Assembly: GCA_036732165.1 (NCBI GenBank)
Contig: DAINCX010000001.1
Span: 81,053-145,052 of the forward strand
DNA: 64,000 bases
Source of the DNA: Candidatus Dormiibacterota bacterium
GTDB taxonomy: Bacteria; Chloroflexota; Dormibacteria; CF-121
Direction: 5' to 3'
The stretch's first letter is position 1, and each line of letters opens with the position of its first letter. Position numbers and translations under genes: made by a program. Positions 20,469 to 29,845 of this stretch are shown one piece after another. The notes beneath the pieces were generated by a model, which was not told the DNA's origin, made no database searches, and was given only the letters and a program-made list of their open reading frames with translations.

Positions 20469-20951
20469 TCGAGTCGCCCGCGCGATGATCGCCTCCACGA
20501 CGGCTGACTTCGCGTCCGCATAGTGCTGCACGTCGGGCCATTCGCGCTGGGCGAGCCGCCGCTTGGTCAGTTCATACCCGCGGCGGTCCGACTCGTGGGC
20601 GCGTAGCCAGTTCCTGAAGAGCAGCATTCGATCGATCTCCGGGCAACCGGACGAGAACACGTGCAGGTTGATGTCGGCGTCAGGCCCTTTCAGCATCCGG
20701 TGCTCATGCCAGGCCGGCTCTCGGATCCGCAGGACATAGCCGTGGGCCTCGAGCGCGGGGACGTAGCCGGCCTCGTCCGCCGCGTTTGCCACCACCAGGA
20801 GGACGTCGATGATGGGTTTGGCCGCCAGCCCCGGCACCGAGGTTGATCCGACGTGCTCGACGCGAACCGAACGACCCGAAAGGATGGATGCGATTCGTGC
20901 CGCCTCGAGCCGGAATAGCCGGGGCCACTCCCGGTCGTACTCGGCAAGCAC
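20454..20951 (-). CDS. GrpB-family protein (UPF0157, nucleotidyltransferase-fold)
   Basis: The GrpB pattern is present (EHVGSTSVPGLAAKPIIDVLLVV, INLHVF). Confidence 0.72.
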   Translation of the reverse strand: MLAEYDREWPRLFRLEAARIASILSGRSVRVEHVGSTSVPGLAAKPIIDVLLVVANAADEAGYVPALEAHGYVLRIREPAWHEHRMLKGPDADINLHVFSSGCPEIDRMLLFRNWLRAHESDRRGYELTKRRLAQREWPDVQHYADAKSAVVEAIIARATRSPDP

Positions 20952-21039
20952 GATGGGTCCGGCCCGGGGACGGAATTCGCCGACGTGGGCCGCGCGGATC
21001 TCCTCGTCCCTCAGGGCCTGATCGCGCTGGTCCAGCTCG

Positions 21040-22857
21040 TCAGGTGGTCTTTTTGTCGTGATAGAGCGCCTCGATTTGCGCCGCGTACTTCTCGGCGATG
21101 CGTTTGCGCTTGACCTTCATGGTGGGAGTCAGCTCGTCGCCGACGATGAAGTCGCCATCGAGGATCGCCCATTTCTTGATCTGCTCCGGATGGGAGAGGC
21201 CCTGGTTGACCTGCGCGACCGCCTCGTCGACCAGGCGCGTCGCAGCCGCGTCCTCCCGTCCGCGCTTGGCCTCCGCGACATCGGGATCGAGCGTGATCAA
21301 CGCGGCCACGAAAGGCCGGCCGTCGCCAAGGACGACCGCCTGCGCGATCCCAGGCCGTGCACGGAGGCTGTTCTCCATCGCAGCCGGGGCCACGTATTTT
21401 CCGCCCGAGGTCTTGAACAGGTCCTTCTTGCGGTCAGTGATCTTGAGGAAGCCATCCACGTCAAGCTCGCCGACATCGCCGCTGCGCAGCCAGCCGTCCG
21501 CCAGCGCCTCCTTGGTCGCCTTCTCGTCTTTGAGGTAGCCGTGGAAGACGTTGTTGCCCTTGATCAGGACCTCGCCATCGGACGCGATCCGGAGCTCCAC
21601 GCCCGGTAACGCGGGTCCGACCGTGCCGAACCGCGCCGCCCCCGGGCGGTTCAGGGTGGCCGGCGCCGTGGTTTCCGTCAGGCCATATCCCTCCAGAATC
21701 TCGATCCCGAGGCCGTAGAAAAAGCGCAGCATGTCGGGCGAGATCGGGGCCGATCCACTGACGCAGATCTTGACCTGGTCGAGGCCGATCGCCTCCCGGA
21801 TCTTGCTGAACACCAGCCGGTCCGCCAGGTTCCACTGGGCCTGCACCCAGGGCGATGGCCGGCGGCCCCGATCGTAGGCTGCGGCTCGGCGGGCCCCCAG
21901 CAGCAGGGCCCAATCGCGGATGACCCGGCGGGTTCCGGTCACCTTGTCCATCCGGCTTCGGATGCCGTCGTAGATTTTCTCCCAGAGCCGGGGGACGGAG
22001 GTGAAATAGGTGGGATGCACCTCGCGCACGAGGGTCATCACCTGGTCGACACTGGGGCAGAAATAGACCTCGCAGCCGGTACAGAGCTGGCGCAGGTGGC
22101 TGACGACGCGTTCCAGGACGTGGGCGAGCGGCAGGTAAGAGAGCGCCCGGTCGCTCGCGTCACCCGGAAGGCAGCGCATCGTCGTGTCCGCGGTCCAGGT
22201 CAGGTTTCGGTGACTCAGGATCGCCGCCTTGGGCGTGCCGGTCGTGCCCGAGGTGTAGATCAGGCTGGCCATGTCGTCCGGCTGCACCGCCTGCCAGCGG
22301 CTGGTCAGCAGGCCGGGACGGCCGCGGCCGAACTCATCGCCTCGCCGGAGCGCGTCTTCCCAGCCGATCACCCAGCCTTCGATCTCCGGGGTTTCGCCCT
22401 CGATCAGGATGACCCGTTTGAGGTCAGGAAGCTCCGGCCGCATCGAGGCGACCTGGTCGAGGAGCTTGCGCTCTTCAACGATCAATACCTTCGACTCGGA
22501 ATGCGCGAGCAGGTACTTCACTTGCTCGGGCGCCAGCGTCGGATAGACGGCGACGGTGACGGCGCCGGCATGCATGATGCCGAGGTCGGCGATCTGCCAT
22601 TGCGGACGGTTGGCCGACCACAACGCCACGCGATCCTGCGGTTGCAGGCCTTCGCCAAGCAGCGCATTGGCAAGCCGCGCCACCGCGCGCGCGTACTCCG
22701 TCCAGCTGATCCCGACCCAGCGCTGGCCGGCCTTGAAAAAGAGGGCGGGCGCTTCCGCTCGTTGTCCAGCCGTCTGTTGGAAAAGCGCGGGAACCGTTTC
22801 CGGCAGCGGTGCCGTGGGATCCCGGGCTGGCTCGTCCAACCGCGCGGCCGATTTCAT
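21040..22857 (-). CDS. Long-chain fatty-acid--CoA ligase (AMP-binding, FadD-like)
   Basis: The AMP-binding motif YTSGTTGTPK and an adenylate-forming fold are present. The internal start MKSAARL (22857) was chosen. The track's N-terminal extension to 23082 overlaps the opposite-strand DUF503 gene. Confidence 0.85.
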   Translation of the reverse strand: MKSAARLDEPARDPTAPLPETVPALFQQTAGQRAEAPALFFKAGQRWVGISWTEYARAVARLANALLGEGLQPQDRVALWSANRPQWQIADLGIMHAGAVTVAVYPTLAPEQVKYLLAHSESKVLIVEERKLLDQVASMRPELPDLKRVILIEGETPEIEGWVIGWEDALRRGDEFGRGRPGLLTSRWQAVQPDDMASLIYTSGTTGTPKAAILSHRNLTWTADTTMRCLPGDASDRALSYLPLAHVLERVVSHLRQLCTGCEVYFCPSVDQVMTLVREVHPTYFTSVPRLWEKIYDGIRSRMDKVTGTRRVIRDWALLLGARRAAAYDRGRRPSPWVQAQWNLADRLVFSKIREAIGLDQVKICVSGSAPISPDMLRFFYGLGIEILEGYGLTETTAPATLNRPGAARFGTVGPALPGVELRIASDGEVLIKGNNVFHGYLKDEKATKEALADGWLRSGDVGELDVDGFLKITDRKKDLFKTSGGKYVAPAAMENSLRARPGIAQAVVLGDGRPFVAALITLDPDVAEAKRGREDAAATRLVDEAVAQVNQGLSHPEQIKKWAILDGDFIVGDELTPTMKVKRKRIAEKYAAQIEALYHDKKTT

Positions 22858-22923
22858 GCCGCCACTATAAGAGAGTTTCGGGGTGCCATCAGGATCGGGC
22901 GCGGCATTACGTATCCTTACCTG

Positions 22924-23213
22924 GTGGTCGTGGGGACCTGCGAGCTCGACTTCCACCTTCCGGACAATCACAGCTTGAAGGGGAAGCGCCAGGTGAGCCG
23001 CTCGATCGCGCAACGCATTCGAAACCGCTTCAATGTCTCGGTCGCGGAAGTTGCCGCGCTGGACGCTGGCAGGTCCTTTCACTGGGAGTGACCTGCGCCA
23101 CGAACGATCGCCGGCACGCGAACGAGATCTTGAGCAAGGTCATCCATTTCGCCGAAGATCAAACCGATGGAGCCATATTGCAGCACAGCCGGATCGAGAT
23201 CGTGAGCACGTGA
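22924..23213 (+). pseudogene. DUF503 (YlxP-like) gene interrupted by a -1 frameshift near nt 23067
   Basis: In frame 1, nt 22924-23067 encodes MVVGTCELDFHLPDNHSLKGKRQVSRSIAQRIRNRFNVSVAEVAALDA. In frame 3, nt 23067-23213 encodes WQVLSLGVTCATNDRRHANEILSKVIHFAEDQTDGAILQHSRIEIVST. Joined, the two match DUF503/YlxP proteins end to end. One nt appears to be missing at gc(t)tgg. Confidence 0.6.
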
Positions 23214-24142
23214 CACCGGCCATTCGGACGGGCCCCGAGGCCCTCGGGACGGTCGAGGAGGGCCCGCTGGCCGCGATCCTGGCCGCCCTCGCCCGGGATG
23301 ACCCCAACGGCGTGGTCAGCGCCCTCGACGGCCAGCTCCATCACGGGCGACCGGGCAGCCCGGCGTCATTACGTCAGCAGGTGGGTGAACGACTGGCGAC
23401 CGCGCTTGCCGCCCAGACCGGCCGGATCAGCCGCTGGATCGACCTGCTGGCCTCCTCCCCCTCGCCAACCGGCAGGCAGGTCGCCTGCCTGCTGCTGGCC
23501 AGCCGCTACGAGCAAGACCCCGCCGGCGTCCTGCGCACCGCCGAGACGCTCGCGGACGACCCCCACTGGGAGGTTCGCGAGGCCGCCGGCGGGCTCCTGG
23601 GCACCCTGCTCGATCGCGACTTCGACCGCATTCGGGGCCGACTCGAGGTGGTCCGCTCCGCGCGCTCAGAGAATCTGCGCCGCGCCGTCGTCCTGGCGGC
23701 GAAATACGCGGCGCGCCGGGACAAGCCCGAGCGCGTCAACGCGCTGCTCGGCATGCTGGAGCCATTGCTCCGGGACCCCGAGCCGTATGTCCGGCGCAAC
23801 CTGGGCCCCTTCGCGATCGGGGATGCCCTCCTCCGTGTCGATCCGAAACAAACCCTGACGTGTCTTCGGGAGTGGTCGAAAGATCGAGACCCGATGGTCC
23901 GATGGAACGTCGCGATGGCATTCTCCAGCGCGATCGGATCCTTTCACTGGCCCGCCGCCAAGGCCATCCTGGAACGCCTGGCGAAAGGGCCTGAGCCCCT
24001 TGTCCGGAACGCCGTCGCCAAGGCGATGCGCCGCTGCCGGCAGCGCTACACGGACGAGGTCGAGGAAACCCGCCTGCGCTGGCTGAAGGACCGTCAGCGC
24101 GCCCCGACCGCCCAACTCGTCGGACCTCCGCGGAAACGCTAG
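23210..24142 (+). CDS. HEAT/ARM-repeat protein, DNA-alkylation-repair (AlkD/AlkC-like) family
   Basis: Repeated HEAT-like helical pairs are present (PHWEVREAAGGLLG, DPEPYVRRNLG, DRDPMVRWNVAMAF). A GTG at 23210 overlaps the DUF503 stop as GTGA. The track ORF begins earlier at 23033. Confidence 0.55.
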   Translation: MTPAIRTGPEALGTVEEGPLAAILAALARDDPNGVVSALDGQLHHGRPGSPASLRQQVGERLATALAAQTGRISRWIDLLASSPSPTGRQVACLLLASRYEQDPAGVLRTAETLADDPHWEVREAAGGLLGTLLDRDFDRIRGRLEVVRSARSENLRRAVVLAAKYAARRDKPERVNALLGMLEPLLRDPEPYVRRNLGPFAIGDALLRVDPKQTLTCLREWSKDRDPMVRWNVAMAFSSAIGSFHWPAAKAILERLAKGPEPLVRNAVAKAMRRCRQRYTDEVEETRLRWLKDRQRAPTAQLVGPPRKR

Positions 24143-24162
24143 CGGGCGACCTGGCCCGGCCG

Positions 24163-26544
24163 TTGATCGACGCCTTTCAGGCGACGCTCCCCTGGCCGCT
24201 TGATCCCTTCCAGGTCGAGGCGATCGAGAAGCTCGAAGCCCACCAGGGGGTGCTCGTCTCGGCGCCCACCAGCTCGGGCAAGACCGTGATCGCGGACTAC
24301 GCGATCTTCCGCGCCCTCACGACCGAGGCGCGGGCGATCTACACCACGCCGCTGAAGGCCCTCTCCAACCAGAAGTTTCGCGACTACACGCGCCGCCACG
24401 GCGAGGGCTACGTCGGGCTCGTGACCGGCGAGAACACCATCAACCCGGGCGCGCCGGTGGTGGTCATGACCACCGAGATCCTGCGCAACCTGATCTACGA
24501 AGAGCCGGAGCGGCTGGCGCAGGTCCGCTACGTCATCCTGGACGAGGTTCATTACATCGACGACTTCCCGCGAGGGGCGGTCTGGGAAGAGATCATCATC
24601 CAGGCGCCGGCACACATCAAGTTCATCGGCCTCTCGGCCACCATCAGCAACTACCAGGAGATCGCCGACTGGATGAGCCTGCAGCGCGGTGACGTCGCCA
24701 CCGTCAGCGTCCGCAAGCGCCCGGTCGAGCTGCGACTCTGGCTGGCCATGCGCAACGACTTCTATCCGTTGCTCGACGCGAGCGGAGGCATCCCGAGGGA
24801 GACCCGCTTGCGGGCGCAAAATGAAACCGCGACCGACGTCCGCCTGTCGCAAGTACGGCGGGCCCCCGAAAATGACCTGCTTCCGGTGGTCGAAGGGCTC
24901 CGGCGGCGAGAATTCCTTCCGGCGATCTACTTCATCTTTTCGCGCCGTGGGTGCCGCGAGGCCCTGGGCCGTTGCGCCGCGCATGGCTTGGACCTGACCA
25001 CCGACGAGGAAAAGGCCGTCATCGACCGCGTCGTCAGCCGCCGGCTCGAACAGGTTCGTGACCGCGAAGAGGCCGACCTCTATCAACGCCTGCTCGACGG
25101 CGATACGCTGCGGCGCGGGCTGGCGATGCACCACGCCGGGCTCCTCCCCTACCTCAAGGAAATCGTCGAGGACCTGTTTGCCCAGGGCCTCATCAAGGTG
25201 GTGTTCGCCACGGAAACGCTCTCGCTCGGCATCCATATGCCGGCCCGGGCGGTGGTGGTTTCATCGTTCACCAAGTTCGACGGCCAGAACTTCATGGCCC
25301 TGACCTCGGGCGAGCTGACCCAGCTCATGGGACGCGCGGGCAGGCGGGGCATCGACCCGATCGGCCACGGCATCATCCTGAAGGAGCCCGACATCGACAT
25401 CGGCACCATCTACGAGGCAGCGACCGGGCAGGAAATGACCGTCGAAAGCAAGTTCGCGCCCACCTACAACATGGCGTTGAACCTGCTCCGATACCACCGG
25501 CCCGAGGCTGTGGATCTCCTGATGGAGCGATCGTTCGGCCAGTACCAGAAGGGCCTGGCCCGCCGCGAGCTCGAGGACCGGCTCGCCAATCTGCGTCGCC
25601 GGGTCGACGACGTCGCGAGCGGCCGCTTCCAGACGGAAGGCGATCCCTGCTGCGCGCCGGAGACGTTTACCGAATTCACCCAAGCCAACGACGAAATCGC
25701 CGCGCTGCGAGTGCACATGCGGCGGCTTCGGCGCGATCACTGGCGCAAGGGTGGTGGCCGCCACCGAGGCTCCGGCCGATCGACGCGCGGCGCGGACGGA
25801 CGGACGCTCGCCCAGCTCAAGGACGAGCTCGCCCACTGGCAGGCGACGGTAGCGGCCCTGCCCTGTCGCAAATGCCCGTTCCTGAGCGAGCACCAGGCCC
25901 ATTTCAACGAGATCCGGGAGCTCCAGGCGCGGCTCAACGCCTCCAACCGGGACGCGGAGCGAAGCCAGGGTGAGTACCGGCGGCGGATGGCCGCGCTGCG
26001 CGCCATCCTGGAGGAGCTCGGCTTCCTCGCGGACTCCGTGCCGACCGACAAAGGGCTGCTCGCCTCGCGGATCTACGGCGAAAACAGCCTGATCATCACC
26101 CAGGCGATCGCGGATGGATGGCTCGAGGAGCTGACACCCGCCGAGCTGGCCGCCTCGGTGGTGATGGTGACGGCGGAGGACCGCAACCGCGACCGGCCGC
26201 AGGCACGCCGGCGGCTCCCCACCAGCGCCGTCGCCCTGGCCCAGAAACGGCTCCGGGTGATCTACTACCGTTTCTCTGCTCGGGAGCGGGATCGCGGCGA
26301 GGAGAACTTCCGGCCGCTATCGAGCGACTATGTCAACTTCGTTTACGACTGGTGTAATGGGGAGCCGCTTCCGGCCATGCAGGCGCCGCAGGGGATCGAG
26401 CTCGGGGATGCCGTCAAGGCGGTCAAGGGCCTGTACAGTGCGCTGCGCCAGATCGAGTGGGCCGTAGTCGAGAGCCCCGGGCTCCGCCGCCTGGTGATCA
26501 AGGCCCGGGAAGGTCTCGAGCGCGAATTGATCATCCGGATCTAG
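24163..26544 (+). CDS. ATP-dependent helicase, Ski2/HelY-like DEAD/DEAH-box superfamily 2
   Basis: 793 aa. It has Walker A APTSSGKT, a DEVH box (ILDEVHYIDD), motif III SATISN, and a helicase C domain. Confidence 0.85.
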   Translation: MIDAFQATLPWPLDPFQVEAIEKLEAHQGVLVSAPTSSGKTVIADYAIFRALTTEARAIYTTPLKALSNQKFRDYTRRHGEGYVGLVTGENTINPGAPVVVMTTEILRNLIYEEPERLAQVRYVILDEVHYIDDFPRGAVWEEIIIQAPAHIKFIGLSATISNYQEIADWMSLQRGDVATVSVRKRPVELRLWLAMRNDFYPLLDASGGIPRETRLRAQNETATDVRLSQVRRAPENDLLPVVEGLRRREFLPAIYFIFSRRGCREALGRCAAHGLDLTTDEEKAVIDRVVSRRLEQVRDREEADLYQRLLDGDTLRRGLAMHHAGLLPYLKEIVEDLFAQGLIKVVFATETLSLGIHMPARAVVVSSFTKFDGQNFMALTSGELTQLMGRAGRRGIDPIGHGIILKEPDIDIGTIYEAATGQEMTVESKFAPTYNMALNLLRYHRPEAVDLLMERSFGQYQKGLARRELEDRLANLRRRVDDVASGRFQTEGDPCCAPETFTEFTQANDEIAALRVHMRRLRRDHWRKGGGRHRGSGRSTRGADGRTLAQLKDELAHWQATVAALPCRKCPFLSEHQAHFNEIRELQARLNASNRDAERSQGEYRRRMAALRAILEELGFLADSVPTDKGLLASRIYGENSLIITQAIADGWLEELTPAELAASVVMVTAEDRNRDRPQARRRLPTSAVALAQKRLRVIYYRFSARERDRGEENFRPLSSDYVNFVYDWCNGEPLPAMQAPQGIELGDAVKAVKGLYSALRQIEWAVVESPGLRRLVIKAREGLERELIIRI

Positions 26545-26562
26545 CGCCCCCGCGCCCGCCGG

Positions 26563-27087
26563 TTATTCCCGGCCTTCCTCCTGGGCAAGCTTCTCGGAAA
26601 TCCGAAAGACGCGTTCCGGAAGGTCGGCCACGTCGTAGAAGCGCAGCGGCTTCTTCAGTCGCTTGGCGATGCCGACCTGCACCTTGACGCCGAGACTCAT
26701 GGTGCCGTAGACCCAGACCTCATCACAGCGGGCCAGCAAGTTGTTGATCGCTTCGCGGACCAGCTGTTTCGGGACGGTGTGGAGCAGGTAATAGTCGAAG
26801 AGCATGAAGGGGTTGATGGGAACGTAGCCCTCGTCGAGGACGACCTTGGAGACATGCATCCGCCAGTAGAAGTTGCGGTTCGACATGGCGATGTAGATCA
26901 GTTTTTTCGGATGCCGGAGGGTCTGTTCGAGCTGTTCCAGCGGGCTGGCCTCCGGCGTGGGCGCGAAGATGGAGGCCAGGATTTCGTCGGCCGATTTGCC
27001 GCCAGCGGGGATGTCCTCGGGCAGCCGCACGGGCGCGGGCGGCGCTTCCTCGGGCTCGACCGCGTCGCGTTCTGACGGTCCGCGCAT
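26563..27087 (-). CDS. Hypothetical protein, possibly nucleoside 2-deoxyribosyltransferase-like fold (DUF4406-like)
   Basis: 174 aa. The N-terminal 50 aa are low-complexity. The conserved core is KLIYIAMSNRNFYWRMHV...DEVWVYGTMSLGVKVQVGIAKRLKKPLRFY. The family assignment rests on memory only. Confidence 0.4.
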   Translation of the reverse strand: MRGPSERDAVEPEEAPPAPVRLPEDIPAGGKSADEILASIFAPTPEASPLEQLEQTLRHPKKLIYIAMSNRNFYWRMHVSKVVLDEGYVPINPFMLFDYYLLHTVPKQLVREAINNLLARCDEVWVYGTMSLGVKVQVGIAKRLKKPLRFYDVADLPERVFRISEKLAQEEGRE

Positions 27088-27098
27088 TGGTCGGAAGT

Positions 27099-27629
27099 TT
27101 ATGCGTCAGCCAACGGGGCGTCAAGGTAGGGGCGGACAATTGGCCGCAGCTTCCGCAAAGCGCGGTCGAGCAGCGCGAGGTTTGCGGCATCGTTGAGCCA
27201 TCGACTCGCGCCTGACGGATGGGGAAGCGGAACGAGGATCGGGCGGACGCGGGCACGGGGACCGACCGGCTTCCCCAACCGGTCAAAAACGGCGCCCACG
27301 AGCTCGCTCAGCGGGCGCCCGGCGAAGAAGCGCTCATGCGCGAGCCCTCCGACGAGCAGGATCACCTCCGGGTCGATCAGGCGCAGTTGCCGGTCGAGGT
27401 GCGACCGACACAGCTCGACCTCGGCGCGGCTCGGACGCCGGTCCCCTCCCCCGGTCCCTTTGCCCGGGAAGCATTTTGTGATCGACGTCATGTAGACCCG
27501 ACGGCGAATGTCCTCCTCGGAACGAAAGCCGGCCCGCATCAACCAGCGCATCAGGACCTGTCCGGAACGGCCCTGGAATGGCAGGCGACGGACCTCCTCC
27601 ACGACGCCCGGGGCCTGGCCGATCAGCAT
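27099..27629 (-). CDS. Uracil-DNA glycosylase superfamily protein (family 4/5-like)
   Basis: An N-terminal GQAPG motif, a C-terminal HPSGASR motif and an LVGG core are present. Confidence 0.75.
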   Translation of the reverse strand: MLIGQAPGVVEEVRRLPFQGRSGQVLMRWLMRAGFRSEEDIRRRVYMTSITKCFPGKGTGGGDRRPSRAEVELCRSHLDRQLRLIDPEVILLVGGLAHERFFAGRPLSELVGAVFDRLGKPVGPRARVRPILVPLPHPSGASRWLNDAANLALLDRALRKLRPIVRPYLDAPLADA

Positions 27630-27736
27630 GATCCGGTTATCGGGGAAGCCACTGAGGACGGGCGCCGCGTGGGGAAGAAATCCCGCCTCGACACAGCGGG
27701 TGCAGCCCCGGATCTGACGGTGGAGGTCGTCGAGAG

Positions 27737-28951
27737 TCAGCGGTCTCGCGTCCGCGGAGACGGAGGGTCAAGGGTTCGCGGCGAGGGAAAGTCGGTTGGG
27801 AGATCCGCCGCCTCGAGCTGGAAAAGCGACTCCGGCGCCGGCAGGCCATGTAACTGATGCAATCCCAGGTCTCTGAAGCGGACTCCGACTGGCTCATTGC
27901 CTGCGACCGCCTCTCGAACCGCGCCTGATAGGAGGATCTGGCCGCCGTGGCTGGCAAAGCAGAGGCGAGCGGCCGTGTGGACAGCCAGCCCCATGTATCC
28001 AACGTCTGTCAAAGTCGGACGGCCGGTATGTAGACCGATCCGAATGCGCACCTGCAGCCCGTCCGGCCAGGGCCGGCCGCGAACCGTGCGCTGGATGGCG
28101 AGCGCGGCTTCGAGGCCGGCGGGTGCTTGCTCGAAGACCGCGAACATCTCATCCGCGCGGGTTTCGACCTCGCGGCCGCCGGACGCGCGGATGGCGGCCC
28201 GGAGCAAGTGTCGAGCATCGGACAGGAACGCGTCGTATCGGTCGCCAAGGTGTTGCACGAGACCGGTCGAGTCCTCGATATCGGTAAAGAGAAACGTGAC
28301 GATGCCCGTCGGCAGGGTGCGCGCTTCGCTGGCCCGAGCCCGGATCTCACCGTGCATCCATTCGTTTTCAATGGCGAGGGTCACCGCGGCGGTTACCGTC
28401 CTGGCCAGGTCCGGATCCTTGAGAACAGTGCGGGCGTGCACGAGAGCGGCCATCGGCCGGCCATCGCGCTCGAGCAACGTGATGGCTCGCATCTCGCCCT
28501 CGCCGGGGAGGATCGCGGCCTGACCTCGGCGGTCCAGGTACCCCACACCAGACTCGGACCAGTACAGGACCGATAGCGTCGGGTCACCGAGCACGATCCG
28601 AAGCCGCTCCTCCATCTGGCCCGGCGTCCCGAGTCCGCCCAGCTCGATGACCGCTCTGCCCGCCGCCGCTTGCAGACTCTGCGAGCGTAGCTGGCCCGTC
28701 ATGAAGCCAACCGGCACGATGCCGTACTTCCTGGCTGCCTTGAGCAGCCGCGTTCGCGCCCGGTCTCGGGCTGGTTCATCCTCGAAGCGTGTCTGGTTGA
28801 AGCGCGCGAGCGCGTTGCGGACGTGGGGCTCGTCGTTGATCGGCAAGCGCCGGTTGCCGCCTGAATCAACGTAGGCGAACGCCCTGTCGGGGAGCTTGTC
28901 ACGAGTGTTGCTGTTGAGTTGGGTCATGGCCTCGTGTGGCCATGATCCCAA
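27737..28951 (-). CDS. Class III adenylate/guanylate cyclase with N-terminal DUF6582-like domain and a central putative sensor domain
   Basis: The C-terminal cyclase domain has FTDIEDSTGL, the metal-binding Asps, and HTGRPTLTDVGYMGLAVHTAARL. The N-terminus has DKLPDRAFAYVDSGGNRRLPINDEPHVRNALARFNQTRFEDE. Confidence 0.8.
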   Translation of the reverse strand: MGSWPHEAMTQLNSNTRDKLPDRAFAYVDSGGNRRLPINDEPHVRNALARFNQTRFEDEPARDRARTRLLKAARKYGIVPVGFMTGQLRSQSLQAAAGRAVIELGGLGTPGQMEERLRIVLGDPTLSVLYWSESGVGYLDRRGQAAILPGEGEMRAITLLERDGRPMAALVHARTVLKDPDLARTVTAAVTLAIENEWMHGEIRARASEARTLPTGIVTFLFTDIEDSTGLVQHLGDRYDAFLSDARHLLRAAIRASGGREVETRADEMFAVFEQAPAGLEAALAIQRTVRGRPWPDGLQVRIRIGLHTGRPTLTDVGYMGLAVHTAARLCFASHGGQILLSGAVREAVAGNEPVGVRFRDLGLHQLHGLPAPESLFQLEAADLPTDFPSPRTLDPPSPRTRDR

Positions 28952-28952
28952 A

Positions 28953-29429
28953 TTACCGCCGATGCTTACGAGCAGACGAGGCAGACCACCGTCGTCGCGC
29001 CCCGTTGACCAAGCCAGCGGCGAGCAGCACCATCAACAAATCCGCCAGCAGCGGCACCCAGACGGGTCCGCCCCAGGGCACGGGCAGCAGGAAATAGATG
29101 TCCTCGGTGTTGAGCGACGGCGGCCACCGGATCAGCAGCTCGAGGGCGAGGTAATACATCGCGTCCCAGATCGCAAAGGCCCAGAGGAAGGCCGCCAGGC
29201 GTTCGCGGAGGTCACGTCCGGCGAGCAGGGCAACGGTCAGCAGCATCACGAGCGTGGCCGCCTCGCGCGTCTGCTCGATGTTCCACGGAAAGCGCACCAG
29301 CAGCGACGAGGACACCCCGGCCGCGCCGCGGACGTTGCCAAGCGCGTAGCGAATGTAGTACACGACCACGCCTTCGAGGTAGCCCATCGCGACCGAATAG
29401 ATGGCGACGATCGCCGCGCGAGCCTTCAT
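28953..29429 (-). CDS. Hypothetical 4-TM membrane protein
   Basis: 158 aa and hydrophobic. Its stop abuts the cyclase start, suggesting coupling. Confidence 0.5.
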   Translation of the reverse strand: MKARAAIVAIYSVAMGYLEGVVVYYIRYALGNVRGAAGVSSSLLVRFPWNIEQTREAATLVMLLTVALLAGRDLRERLAAFLWAFAIWDAMYYLALELLIRWPPSLNTEDIYFLLPVPWGGPVWVPLLADLLMVLLAAGLVNGARRRWSASSARKHRR

Positions 29430-29589
29430 CCGACCATTCTGCGATCCTGCGCGTGCTGGATCCCGACCGACGACAAACGCCCGGTTGAGGCCGACGGTCT
29501 AACCCCGTAAAGGCAGCTTGGCGACGGCGTTCCGCAGTGTTACGAGGTCCGCGAGGTCAAGATCGAGCAGCGCCCGCGGCGGAATATAC

Positions 29590-29700
29590 ACCATCAAGGA
29601 CCTCGTCGTCGGCTCGGGGCTCAGGTTCCAGGATCGCGGGCTACACGTCCTCAAGGGCGTTCCCGACGAATGGCACCTCTATAAGGCGGCGGCAGGATAA
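29590..29700 (+). pseudogene. Remnant of a class III cyclase C-terminus (inverted relative to the intact cyclase)
   Basis: Frame 1 gives GSGLRFQDRGLHVLKGVPDEWHLYKAA. This aligns with the intact cyclase C-terminus VGVRFRDLGLHQLHGLPAPESLFQLEA. There is no upstream reading frame. Confidence 0.4.
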
Positions 29701-29720
29701 TTCCCTTGACTCCCAGCAAG

Positions 29721-29750
29721 TCGGGGCTTCGAGTCTCCCCGTCGGCTCCA
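29721..29750 (+). other. tRNA 3'-end-like fragment (T-arm plus acceptor 3' strand, ending CCA)
   Basis: The sequence GGGGCTTCGAGTCTCCCCGTCGGCTCCA contains a TTCGAGT T-loop. No matching 5' half was found, so it cannot be folded into a full tRNA. Confidence 0.3.
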
Positions 29751-29845
29751 AATTTCAATACAGAGCCGGCTTCGACGCTCCTTTGTTAATAGCTCCCTAA
29801 GCCACGTGACATAGAGCCTTCGAGTATGGCGGGCGCGCGCATAAT

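Noticed and set aside
27737-29429. Possibility that the cyclase plus the adjacent 4-TM protein form a Pycsar/CBASS-type anti-phage signalling pair
   Set aside because: The cyclase has large N-terminal regulatory domains typical of housekeeping class III cyclases. The membrane protein has no recognisable effector domain. The gene order is also opposite to the usual cyclase-then-effector arrangement. Nothing in the sequence supports the idea.
29680-29750. Full tRNA or tRNA-Sec gene ending at the CCA at 29750
   Set aside because: No 5' acceptor strand complementary to the 3' strand was found. No credible D-arm or anticodon stem could be built. Only the T-arm and acceptor 3' half are tRNA-like.
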